A stretch of 64,000 bases of DNA from Basidiobolus meristosporus CBS 931.73 (taxonomy: Eukaryota; Fungi; Basidiobolomycota), in the NCBI GenBank assembly GCA_002104905.1, contig MCFE01000046.1:62001-126000 (forward strand), in the 5' to 3' direction. Below, one piece after another: positions 10,921-23,139 of this stretch. Numbering within the stretch: the stretch's first letter is position 1; the number at the start of each line of letters is the position of its first letter. The notes below the pieces were generated by a model. It searched no databases. It had not been told where the DNA came from and was given only the letters and a program-made list of their open reading frames with translations. The translations under genes and the position numbers were made by a program.

Positions 10921-12887
10921 TGGAGACTGATGCTTCTGATTTTGCCCTTGGTGCCATACTCTCCCAGTATGATGAGGACAATGTGTTGCACCCCATTGCA
11001 TTCTACTCTCGGAAGTTTTCCCCTGCAGAGATCAACTATGATATCTATGATAAGGAGTTACTTGCCATCATTGTAGCCTTTGAGCAATGGAGACACTACC
11101 TGGATGGTGCAAAACATAAAATCAAAGTCTTCTGTGACCATAAAAACCTTGAGTACTTTGCAACTTCCAAAGTACTAAACCAGAGTCAAGCTGGATGGTC
11201 ACTCTTCCTGTCCAGCTTTGACTTTACTATCACCTATAGACCTGGTGCAAAGCAAGGAAAGCCTGATGCCCTGTCCAGAAAAAAGGAATACGCCCTGGAA
11301 GAGGGAGATGATGCCTGTTGGCAAATGGAACACTCATTGCTGAGCAAGAAACATTTTGAGATTCTTGCCACCCTGTCCTCAAGTCTTGTCATCCCTTCAT
11401 TCCTAGTAAGGATATCAGAATCCCAAGCCTCTGATATGACCTCCAGCACTGTCAAGAAATATCTGGAATCCCCAGTTGGGCCCCCTCCCAAGTTCCCAAG
11501 CATCCAGAACCTGCATTTGGTAAACAACCTCATCTACCACAAGCAGCAGCTTTATGTCCCAGACCTTGCCACCCAGCTAGACATCATTAAGTCTTGGCAT
11601 GATTCAATGGCTGCAGGCCACTTTGGTACTGCCAATACCTTGAATGCTATCAAAAGAGATTTCTGGTGGCCTAGAATGATAACTCTTATCAAAGAATACA
11701 TTCTGACTTATGATATTTGCAACCATGCAAAACCAGCCAGACACCAGCCCTATGGACTTCTTCAACCCTTGCCTATCCCAGAACACCAATGGAGATCTAT
11801 ATCTATGGACTTCATTACTGACCTCCCTGATTCATGTGGCTTCAATGCTATACTTGTAGTGGCTGACCGGCTGACCAAGATGGCTCACTTCATCCCTTGC
11901 TGTAAGAACACTGATGCAAAAGAAACTGCTGCTTTAGTCCTGAAGAATATTTTCCGCCTTCATGGTATCCCCATTGATATTGTGTCAGATAGAGGCCCTC
12001 AGTTTGTGTCCAAGTTTTGGAAACACTTCATGCAATACCTTGGTGTTCAAGTCAAGCTCTCTACTGCTTTCCATCCACAGTCTGATGGCCAGACTGAAAG
12101 AATCAACCAGATTCTAGAGCAATACCTCCGGTGCTATATCAATTACCAGCAAGACAATTGGGTTGATCTACTCCCTGTTGCTGAGTTTGCCTACAACAAC
12201 TCAAGTCATAGTGCAACTGGTTTTACACCATTCTATGCAAACTATGGATTCCACCCTCAGTTTGATATCCAGATTCCAACAAACCCAATGAGCCCACATG
12301 CGGCTGAACATGCCCAAGCAATCCAGGACATCCAGAACACCCTCAAGAAAGAGCTATCCTTAGCTCAGGAAAGCTACAAGAAATTTGCAAATCTAAAACG
12401 GCATCCCAGCCCTGATCTTAATGAAGGAGATTCTGTATGGTTGCTCAGAAGAAACATCAGCACCAACCGCCCTTGTGACAAGTTGGATTTCAAGAAACTT
12501 GGTCCCTTCAAGATCAAGAAGAAGCTTAGCCCTATAGTATATCAGCTACAGTTACCAGCAAGTATGAAAATCCATGATACTTTCCATGTGTCCCTCCTGG
12601 AGCCATATTGTAGGAACACATTGCCAAATCGGCAAGAAGCAAAGCCCCAAGCTATCCAGGTTGACCAACATCAAGAATTTGAAGTTAAACAGATTCTAGA
12701 CTCCAAGTATATCCAGTCAAAGCTGTGCTACTTAGTAGACTGGATTGGTTATGGCCCAAGTGACCAAACATGGGAACCAGCTACACATCTCACTAATTGT
12801 CAAGAACTAGTTACCCAGTTCCACCAACAATATCCTGCAAAACCTGCCCCAAAGGGAAACAGAGCTGTGCCTGGTAGAGGAGAATAG
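10902..12887 (+). CDS. pol: Pol C-terminal part: RNase H, integrase, chromodomain
   Basis: [17 protein letters not shown] region, [26 protein letters not shown] motif, [11 protein letters not shown]...[17 protein letters not shown] chromodomain. Confidence 0.95.
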   Translation, partial: LEKQFIVETDASDFALGAILSQYDEDNVLHPIAFYSRKFSPAEINYDIYDKELLAIIVAFEQWRHYLDGAKHKIKVFCDHKNLEYFATSKVLNQSQAGWSLFLSSFDFTITYRPGAKQGKPDALSRKKEYALEEGDDACWQMEHSLLSKKHFEILATLSSSLVIPSFLVRISESQASDMTSSTVKKYLESPVGPPPKFPSIQNLHLVNNLIYHKQQLYVPDLATQLDIIKSWHDSMAAGHFGTANTLNAIKRDFWWPRMITLIKEYILTYDICNHAKPARHQPYGLLQPLPIPEHQWRSISMDFITDLPDSCGFNAILVVADRLTKMAHFIPCCKNTDAKETAALVLKNIFRLHGIPIDIVSDRGPQFVSKFWKHFMQYLGVQVKLSTAFHPQSDGQTERINQILEQYLRCYINYQQDNWVDLLPVAEFAYNNSSHSATGFTPFYANYGFHPQFDIQIPTNPMSPHAAEHAQAIQDIQNTLKKELSLAQESYKKFANLKRHPSPDLNEGDSVWLLRRNISTNRPCDKLDFKKLGPFKIKKKLSPIVYQLQLPASMKIHDTFHVSLLEPYCRNTLPNRQEAKPQAIQVDQHQEFEVKQILDSKYIQSKLCYLVDWIGYGPSDQTWEPATHLTNCQELVTQFHQQYPAKPAPKGNRAVPGRGE

Positions 12888-13426
12888 TGTCATGATCACA
12901 TGACAACCATGAACACCCATGCCAAGTTTTCAGCTTCCTAGCTCAATTTCTAAGAGATTCCTTCTGGAACCTTCTACCACCTTCCAGAAAGTTCCTGACC
13001 ATTCCAAACCATTGTTACACAATGGAACATTCCATGGAAGCTTTCCATTGTATTTTTTATAGTCCAGTACCATATATGGAAATACCAGGTCACATGACTT
13101 AGTCACATGATCAGGTGACCCAATCCATTTCCCCATCCTGTCTCAGTGCCGTGTCATCTATGTCATTATCCCCAGCACCATTGCTGTGCCTCACCCCACA
13201 ACCACATTAGTATTAGCTAATATCTCTTGGCATCAATATAGCCAAGAAGTATATATAGTCCTATCCCCCCTTAAGTATTCCTCAGTCTGATAAACACAGG
13301 TCTTGAATAAACAGCCTTGCCTTGAATCCTGCCTTGCCTTGAATCCTGCCTTGCCTTGATGGTCCACACCTAAGTCCTTTCCTGCCGTGCCCAGCTTTTC
13401 CTCCTGCCTTGTGTCTATTCATAACA
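12888..13426 (+). repeat. Chromovirus 3' LTR (539 bp)
   Basis: Near-identical to 7747-8268; carries an extra copy of the 17-mer CTTGAATCCTGCCTTGC. Confidence 0.98.
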
Positions 13427-13729
13427 ATATCTTGCCAGCCACTTGATGCTTCTACACTGGCACCTGGCTGAACTTTTCACTGTGCACAAGCTGAGTCAGG
13501 TGAGTATGTCATGGCTTTAGGCTCACCCTACCCTTCTGAATATGGCAAGCAAAGTGATAGCTCTAAAGAAGCAGGCTTACTGAAGTATTGTGACCCAATC
13601 TCCTCTAACAACAGTACCCTGCATGAGCCCAGCAAAACCCCATTATGCCATTAGACATCACCAATGGAAAAAAATACCTAGGATACATTGTAGAATTGAG
13701 TGAGCCCAGTAGTTCTAGGCGCAGTATGC

Positions 13730-15480
13730 ATAGTATAGACTGGACCTGTCCATCTGTGCCTCAATCTTGGGAATCATGGAGATTTTGAATTAGTTTTTGT
13801 CTAAAATGACTAATAGACTTGTTCCGTTGGATAGTGCCACATAGAGCCATGAGTGCCAAATAGTGCCATAGTGTGCCTGAGAGTCATAGCAGACCTAAAC
13901 TTGGCCACAGAGTGTGACATATAGTTCTGCATAATCATGCAATGCAGCCCCTGTGTTTCACCTATTGTGCGGGAGAAAATCAATTTTTTAACCTTTTTTT
14001 TGGGATTAAAATTGTGCATGACGCAAAAGAGCACAGACAGACTGAAGATATGCATCTGGTACATAATACCCATGGCACTCTAAATCTAGCCCCACAGGCT
14101 TGTAGCATGTCACAAAAATGCATGGCACTATCTTGGTCCACTGGTACTATCTGGCACTATAAGTGCTTTGTATAGGTTCTACTTTAGGGCTAATATTTAA
14201 ATATAGTGCCAGATAGTACCAGTGGACCAAGATAGTGCCATGCACTTTTGTGACATGCTACAAGCCTGTGGGGCTAGATTTAGAGTGCTATGGGTATTAT
14301 GTACCAGATGCACATCTTCAGTCTGTCTGTGCTCTTTTACTTCATGCACAATTTTGATCCCAAAAAAAAGGTTAAAAAATTGATTTTCTCCCGCACAGTA
14401 GGTGAAACACAGGGGCTGCATTGCATGATTATGCAGAACTATATGTCACACTCTGTGGCCAAGTTTAGGTCTGCTATGACTCTCAGGCACACTATGGCAC
14501 TATTTGGCACTCATGGCTCAATGTGGCACTATCCAACGGAACAAGTCTAATGTACTGCATAATATATTAGTAGAGCTAAGTGGCTTCTCAGAGCAATATA
14601 TGCTGAGCTCATGAAGGCAGCAGCACCAAGGTGTGTGACATAGGGCAAGTGAATACCCTGAGGAGTCAGAAGGTGAGCATCAAGAGAAAGAAAGCAGACT
14701 GAGGGCAACTTTGTAAAGATTGCAACAGCATGCCTTGCAGTATTCCTTACTGTCCCATGCAACACTAGTGTGCCAGCCACATCAGTCAAATCTATAACAC
14801 ACTCATCACAAGAGCACCACACACTGGGTCAATGCGCATGGTTTAGAGCATTGCTACCAGGACTTTCCAAGCAACTCAATAAGGCACAACTCCATTAAAG
14901 CAGGTCAAGTGGTTTCAATATGTAGTATCACATTAAACTCAGCCAAGGGCCATGTCCATGCATCAAGTTGTGTCTATGCCTGCCATTACACCTGACCATC
15001 AGCAAATAATGTCTGGTTAGCTGACTGGCAATGACCCACTGGAAGTGCCTGCACCACAGGAGCCTTTAGCAAGTAAAGCAACACATTAATACATGGCATT
15101 TCAGGCAGGTTCTGCGACTTCATCTGAAGCTATTCAGCACAGTCAAGTTCCAGAACTGTACTCATTAACCAGGAGGCAAAATACTGGCTACAAGTACACA
15201 AATAGGTAATATCAAAGTCAACAAGAAAGTAGCTTAGATGTGCAAAGTGAATCACTACCAAGTGCTCCAGTAGTAATCTCTGTGAGAAAAAACCTGGAGG
15301 AGATGATAAAATTGCATTGAATTACTACCATTTGGCATGATCCAAACAACAGATCTTTTTGCAATCCAAGCTGAGTCATTACACAGCATTGGTCACTAAA
15401 CTTTGAAATAAGTAATATTGAAGTCCTCTCACATACAAGACAGACCCCCAATAAATAGAAACTCTGCATATTTAAGCATC
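13730..15480 (+). mobile_element. Degenerate PHIS-element relic (ORF1 region), split by a foldback element
   Basis: Matches the reverse complement of 59150-60150; the ORF1 segment MTNVLRDILVELSG is cut at its AAT codon. Confidence 0.8.
13815..14548. mobile_element. Foldback non-autonomous transposon, 347-bp inverted arms and 40-bp spacer
   Basis: Arms 13815-14161 and 14202-14548 are nearly perfect reverse complements; termini AGACTTGTTCCGTTGGATAGTGCC; TSD AAT. Confidence 0.97.
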
Positions 15481-15594
15481 ATTCCATTCAAGTGGGGTGA
15501 TAGTAATCAAAATGATAAGTATCAGCATAGCTGATAGCTTGATATGCATTCATTTCCATTTACATAAACAAAACATATTCAAGTATCAGATTTT

Positions 15595-15962
15595 AGTCTT
15601 GTTCCATTGGATAGTGCCACATTGAGCCATGAGTGCCAAATGATGCCATGGTGTGCCAGGGAGGCCAAGTGAATCTATACTTGGCCATAGAGTGTGAAAC
15701 ATAGCTCTGCATCTTCATCCAAAGCCACTGCCATGTTTGACCCATTGTGTTGGAGAAAATCCATTTTTTGACCTTTTTTTCTAGGTCAATGTTGTGCAGG
15801 ATGTGTAAGAGCACAAAAGGATTGAGGTTATGCATCAGGTACTAAATACCCATGGCACTCTGAATCTAGCTCCTGTGGCTTGTAACATGTCACAAAAATG
15901 CATGGCAGTATCCTGGTCCACTGGTACTATCTAGCACTATATTTAATTATTAGCCCTAAAGT
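15595..15962. mobile_element. Half copy (one arm plus part of spacer) of the foldback element
   Basis: Homologous to 13815-14200; abuts the terminus of a PHIS element at 15966. Confidence 0.85.
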
Positions 15963-15965
15963 AAT

Positions 15966-18900
15966 AGACTTGTTCTGTTGGATAGTGCCACATAGTGCCA
16001 AATTGATCTGGCACTCTCTGGCACTATAATTTCTACCATAATGCCAGTGGTAGGATACAGTTACTGGTAATTTTACTCAATTTTACTTATGTTGCTTAGA
16101 GTAGTGCTTTCCTTGCTTTATTTACTCTTCATAATGCTCCAGATACATTTCTCTCAGTGGATGTCTTCTTGTATGAATATACTGTGCATTGATAAGTATC
16201 TTAACTGTTTTACCTTTTCTGCTGTTTTCTCCTATATATCACTTTCCTCTGTATTTACCTGCCAATATGCTGAATCTCTTTGGATATCCAAGTGTATGCT
16301 CTACCCTCACTCTGAAAGGATTAAATATCTCATGGTAGAGATTCTGCCTCCTGCTAAGCACACCATTCCTTGGCTTCCTATAAGCTGTAATTCATCCAAG
16401 TCTCTGACAATCCTCTCCTATATAAGCTAAGTCTGCCATACATTTCTCCCCTCTACTGAATTCTGGATGATTCTCTACCCAGAGTGCTTTGTCATGCCCA
16501 CTTCCAGCAAATGGCCCACTAAACCAGATGATGTTACCCTCAATGTCAGACAGTGCTTGAAACTTCACATAGTGTGCCTTGTACTTGCCAGATTAAAAGT
16601 GCCTCTGCCCTCTAGAAGGTCTGTTAATCCTGACTGGGAAGGTATCCAAAGCACTCCTTATATGGAACCTGTTGCTGAACACTCTGGGATATGGAAGTCA
16701 TTTGGAGCTTCTGAACCTAGTACTCCAAGCTTGCTCTAAGTCATTTATACCCTCTGCAAGGTGGTTCTCCATTGCTGTCAGCTGGGAATGAAAGCTTTTA
16801 CAACTTTTGTTGCCATATGGTGGGATGAAACCTTGTAGGGCAATAGTTCTTGTAATAGCAGAAAAGCTTAACAAGGGATCTCCTCAAGTAGATTGGGGTA
16901 GATGGACCACAGTACTTGGTATAGATCTCCTCTAGTGTGTCAAAAGGAAATCCAGTGGTAGTGATGGGATTGATGAGAAAAGACCATTCAGATGAGTAAG
17001 TCATATTAAAACTGGTAAGGATTGGGCTAAGATGATCTGATTTGATTTGGCACAATCAGCTTTATTCATCTGATTTTCCATGCATTATGATTGAATCTCC
17101 ATCGATTTCCATGTATCCCATCATTATGTTGCAAAAATCTTCCTCAAACAACAACTGGGTATTTTTATTGATGTTTTACTAACAAGTCTATAATCAAATA
17201 GGAAATCAGCAATTGATGTGAACTGATCTGTGTCAATGCAATCCAAGATGCATCATGCATAATATTTGTAAGATTTAACAATCACATTAGTTTTCATATA
17301 TATTTTGTATAAGACTAGGTTGATGCAAATACACCACTGTAGAAGTATTCAAATTTGTCACTATGGTCACTATACCAAGTCTCAACTCATCTTTAGTTCA
17401 ACCCAGACAAAACCCATTCCCCAGCTCACAAGCACGGTCTGGACCGGAAAAGGCCATGATGGATCTGTTTGAGTTCTCACCAAATGATTTCAGTATGGCC
17501 CAAGTGTCTATGATGAGCCTTCATACATAAATTTGGGTACTACTCATGAATCTAGCAGAACTAGGTACCTTGTAGAGTTGACAGAGATGGAAGAACCTGA
17601 GCGGAAAGCTGTGGCATGAGTCCTACATCAAGAAGCCAGCGGATTTATGTAAGAAGATATATAACAAGACAAGTATTGAAGTCAAGAATGAGCTGAGAGT
17701 GAGGGGAGTTGATGAGGAAACCACATGGGAACAATTTTGCACGCAATTTGCTCAGTACAGGCAGGATGTGTTTGTTTGTGCCTTGATTTTGGGAACCAAA
17801 GAGATTTTGAATGAGTTGTTACCTCAAATGACTAATGTATTACGTAATATATTAGTAGAGCTAAGTGGCTTCCAAGAGCAATATACACAGGTCTAATCCA
17901 GGCAACAGTTCCAAAGTATTAGACAGAGGGTAAGTGAATACCTTGAGGAGTCAGAAGTTGAGCTTCAAGAGGAGGAATAAAGACCGCAAGCAACATTGTC
18001 TAGATATCACCAGCATGCCCTACTGGATTCCTTACCATCTCTTGCAACTTCAGTGCACCAGCACACATCAGTCCAAACTACGCAAACACCCTTCACAAGA
18101 GTGCCCCGCATTGACTCAATGCATATTGGGTCAATGCTCACGCTTTAGAGCAAAACCACCAGAACCTGCCAAATTGCTTAAAAAGGCACAAGTACATTGG
18201 AGCAGGCCAAGTTGTGTCACAAGCAGCATCACATCAAACTCAGCCAAGGGCCATGCTAGCGCATCAAGTTGCATCTGCGCATGCCATTACACCTGACCAT
18301 AAGCAAGTTTCTTCTGGTGAACTGACTGATGATGACCCACATGAAGTGCCTCCACCACCAGATCCTTTGGCAAGTAAAAGAACATGTCAGTGTGTAACAA
18401 TGCAGGCTGGCTCAGTTGCATCATCTGGAGCAATTCAGCATGGCCAAGCTGTAGCATTGCACTAATCAACTAGGAGGCAAAATACTGACTACAAATACAC
18501 AAGTAGCCAAGAGTATAGTCAACAAGAAAGTAGCTTAGGTGTGCAAAGTGAATCACTGCCAAATGCTTCAGTAGTAGTCCCTGTGAGAAAAAAGCCTAGC
18601 AGATGATGCTGCAAAAGCATTGAACTGCTATTATTTGTAGTGATCCAAACAATGAATTTTTTTTTGCAATCCAAATCAAGCCATTGCAAATCAGTGATCA
18701 CCAAATTTTTGATATAAGCAATATCAAGGTCATCTCACATTTGAGACAGGACCCTTATAAATAAACACCCTGCACATGTTAACATCATCTGTGGCACAAG
18801 TGCAGCCATTTGATCTGATTTGCACCCATAAAATTGGTTGTGTGTTAGCTATGACACCTTGTACAATCACTAGGATCAGGGATTTACTCGCTTAATAGGC

Positions 18901-19018
18901 AAAAAGGGATATTTGATAGCAAATCAGGTAGCTTGTGTATTGGTCAAGGTTCCAATTGGGGACTGACAGCTTCAGGATACTTTTGGACCAATTAACCACT
19001 GAGATACGGAGCAAGTCT
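15966..19018 (-). mobile_element. Degenerate PHIS transposon copy (transposase on -, ORF1 on +)
   Basis: Reverse-complement homology to 58925-61979; TIR AGACTTGTTC at 15966; ends with GGAGCAAGTCT after an apparent internal deletion; both ORFs disrupted. Confidence 0.9.
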
Positions 19019-20670
19019 GTTACTCTACAAGAAATAATGATTGTGATCCTGTCAAAATGCCATTTCCAGGCTTAAATCCCATGACTTAGTGGTATACATG
19101 TTAAAAGGACACTATGCAATAACTGTTAGAAAGACTGCACCTCAAAATTGATACATCCTCTACACAATCATTTGGCAGGATTGTGACAGCATTTTGCTAG
19201 TTTTACAGCCAAACAAAGCTAATACTTGAAAGTACAAAATTGATGATTCAAAATGAATTGCTTGACTATTTGATGGCCTTGATGCACACTACATTTACCT
19301 GATCATACCTAAATATCCAATAGGTTGAGTTGCCAAATATGGAAAGGTATTGATAGTGCTCTGACAGCCACTTTGTCAACCTCTGTTTGTATTATAATGG
19401 CAGTACAGCAACCTACAGCTAGCTCTGTATAACTCTACTGTACCAGTCAGCCAAATGGTATTTTCTTTTTCTACCTGTTCTTGTACCATTCATATTTAAC
19501 CATAAAACTGCGCCTCTTTGTTTGCTTACCCACAGCTTTCTGATATATTGCAAGGTACTGCCCTCAGAGAAGAAATGGACATGAGTTGACAAGAACCTTT
19601 TACCATAATGAGGCCCTCAAGTATGGTAACATAGAGAATGAACTTGAAGAAGACTTAGAAGTGACCTTCCATATGACAGAAGAATACTTATCCCAAATGA
19701 CCTCAAGCTCAGGAAAGTTATTATATTTGAATGAAGTACTCAATGAAGTACCTGCCAAGTTCATGATTAGCTCAGGAGTATTACATAAGAACTAGTCAGA
19801 GCAATTTGCCTTGAAAGCTGGAATCAACTCAGAACCCACCAAATCAACTTCAGTCTCAACAGCTGATGGGAACTCTAACATAATCAACCATATTACCTAA
19901 ACAGTAAGAATAAAGATGAATGACTAAGAAGAAGGCCTACATGCCTGTATACCTGGGAACTGCAAGTTTGACCTTGTATTTATAAAATTTGGCTATCTTG
20001 TTGTAATCCATCAAACAGCTGGGGAACTCTTGCTACTCAGATCCAGAAGGACAGCAAGCACTATGAGCTATTACCAGCCAAACTGGATTTCAGCTTAGTC
20101 AAATTTGGTCTGTGTAAAACCAGTGAACTTAGCAAGGAATGGTTCTGTAGAGCACTCAGAAATGCTTCCCAGATGTTCCTCATGGCAGTATTACAGGAGG
20201 ATTCCTCTACTCCAGCACCCCAGAAGTTCCAGACTCTTTTGACAGAATGTTCAGTTGTGTTTCAGATGAAATTGTAAGCCTGCCACCAGTCAGAAATATG
20301 GATCATATCATTGCCATGGGAGATAGACATCCAGTGAGTAAGTCACCTTGGGGAGCACCAGTGCTTTTTGTAAAAAAGAAGGATGGAACACTTAGGATGT
20401 GCATTGACTTTGGAGTCCTCAACTCAGTTACTGTCAAGAATAACACCCCATACCTTGGATTGATGACCTACTGGATTAACTTAATGGAGCCACCAATGAT
20501 TGACAACATGTCAGGATACAGCCAGATTAGGATGAAGCCAGAAGACATCCCTAAGAAAGCTTTCAGGACTAGATATGGACATTAGGAGTACTCAGTCATG
20601 AGTTTTGGCCTTGCCAATGCTGCTGCACCATTCATAACTTTGATGCAAAGCATGTTCTAGGAGTACTTAG

Positions 20671-20998
20671 TGTTGTAAAAATATGTGATTCCACCTGAAT
20701 ACTCACCCATATTGGCCACTTAGATCACAACCATCAAATCCTAGAGAATACTAACCAAATTTCTTGTTGGGATTTACTTAGGATATTTTCACCAAAATAC
20801 CAGGTACCCAGAACATGAAGATTCTCACACTTGTCCAAACAGTCCCAAACTTTACACACATGCTCTTAGGACCTTCCTAAGCTTATTTTATGTTTATGTT
20901 ATGTCAAGACCATGTAAAAGTATAAATATTACTTTTAAGTTATATATAATTTAATTGTTCTCCCAATCAATTCCAATATCTCCAAGACTTGTAAAACA
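20671..20998 (+). repeat. Solo LTR, copia family 1
   Basis: TGTTG...AAACA with TSD CTTAG (20666-20670 and 20999-21003); removing it restores the RT motif EYLEMLMVIYLDNILIYSK. Confidence 0.93.
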
Positions 20999-23139
20999 CT
21001 TAGAGATGCTTATGGTTATCTACCTAGACAACATATTGATATACAGCAAGACAGAAGAGGAGCACTTGGTGAACATTGAAAAGGTCTTGAAGTAGCTGAG
21101 AGAGAACAAGCTGTATTGCAAGCCAGCAGAGTGCAAAATCTTAAAGGAGTATGTTGAATGCATGGGACACATAGTGACTAACACAGCAGTGACCTTAGAT
21201 ACCCAGAGGTTTGAAGTTATCAAGAATCTGAAGCTGCCTATTGAATATCAGAGCTCAGATTATTCCTTAGAGTGGTCTCCTATTATTGAAATTTTGTTAA
21301 GTCCTTTGCAAGTATTGCAGCCCCTTAAGCTGATATCTTCAAGAAAGACAACACATTGAAGTGCAACATAGCCTGTGAGATTGCCTTTCAGATGCTCCAG
21401 AAAGAACTTGCTAAGCTGCAAAGCTTGAGATTCCCAGACTTTAGAAAAGGGCTAACTCTGTGCACAAATGCTTCAGAATATGCAATTGGTGGAGTACTGA
21501 TTCAAGATCATGAGGTAAAGGACTACCCAGTTGCTTTTGAGTCCAAGAAACTGAACTCAGCAGTACAATACTATCCAGTGCATGAGAAAGCAATGCTTGC
21601 CATAAAAATTGGTTGAAGAACTAGAGATGCAACATTGGAGGAGTCATGTTTACTGTGAAGACTGATCATGCCTTACTAAGGTGTATTTGTTCAGAAAGTA
21701 ATATCCAGAAGAATGAAAAGATGAGGTGAATACACTCACCAATTTGACTTGAGATTGTCTAGTGCCCTGGGAAAAACAGCACAGTTGCTGATGCCTTATC
21801 AAGACCAGACCAATGTGCACAACTCAACTTGCTGCATGAATTAGATTGACCAAGCTTATTTCCAAAGTACTCAAAGGACCTATTCATTCCTTATGAGATG
21901 GATAAAGAGATCAAGAAGATAGTCTGGATGAAGCCAGCAAATTTCTATACAGAATGAAACACACTACCAAATTGTTGACAGAAGCCCTATTGCCTATGGC
22001 CCTTTTGTTGCTTGCCTGTACTTAATACGCAAGCTAGACAATGGATATGGGCATCTTGGAATTGAAGGAGCCTATGACCTGGTGGCCCTGTGAATTGCTG
22101 AACTCTTTCCCCTAGAGCCTGCAAGAGCATTTGAGAGACGGGGAATTGACTTTATTGAAAGTCTGCAAACCACCAGGAAATGCTACCATTAGATCCTATT
22201 AGCAATTGTCCATGCCACTAAATGACCAGTGGCTAAAGATGTACATGCAGGCAGTAAACAGGTAGTTGCAAGTTTTATCTACCAAGATATCCTAATGAAG
22301 CTTGGATGCCATGTAGAGATTCTCTCTGATAGAGGGGCTAACTTTATGGCAAAGACAGCTTACCTGGAGAAGCAGCAGATCAAACACTTTAAAACCTTGG
22401 CATATCACTCTAAAACTAATGGAATAACTGAGTAGATTAATGGATTATTTGGAAAAAAGCTGACCAGTATGCAAATGGCGATACCAGTAAATGAAATGAG
22501 TATGTAGCCCCAGCACTTTTTGCCTGCAGAGTTAGAGTGCACAATGCCACCAAGCAATTGCCATTTTACTTTGTGTATGGATGTGAACCAAGGATCCCAG
22601 GAGATCTCACACAACCAAAGATTACAGAAGCCTTACCAGATTAAATCAGTCAGCCAAGTGGTCATTAGCAGCTGGAACAAAGATGTCAAGAGGCACAGGC
22701 CATGCATCTCAAAGTGTAGAAATGTTACAAGTCTTGGCATAATAGTTGTAGAGGAATAGGGAGTTTAGCTAGTATTGTATTCACTAAAACTTGAACTTAT
22801 TTTTATTGAGGTTCCAGCAGCTCCTTATATACATTTTGCCAGATCAATTGCTGACTAATTGTATTTCCTAATGTAGGTTGTGGCTGATGACTCATTTGAT
22901 TGCATCATCATCACCCAATAAGATCCTACTTAATATATCTATTTCTGTCTGATAAGGATCTGCTGATTGATTTGCTGACTAATGCTACTGATTTCATAGA
23001 TAATACTGATATACTGATAACCTAAACATATACTAATTGATTTGACTAAAAACTGATCTAACTTAAACATTCAAGCGGCAGATCATAACATTCTCCCCTA
23101 CTAAAGTTGAGAGGGTTCTCCTGAATCTCTTTTCTTGTG

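Larger units (their letters stand above)
7747..13426 (+). mobile_element. Ty3/gypsy chromovirus (Tf1/sushi-like), full LTR structure, internally deleted
   Basis: Two TG...CA LTRs, 5-bp TSD ATATC (7742-7746 and 13427-13431), gag-PR-RT-RH-IN-chromodomain order, PPT before the 3' LTR. Confidence 0.98.

Noticed and set aside
13810-14550. Paired short ORFs (87/86 aa and 77/74 aa) on opposite strands
   Set aside because: Mirror images produced by the palindrome; no motifs; not conserved in other copies.
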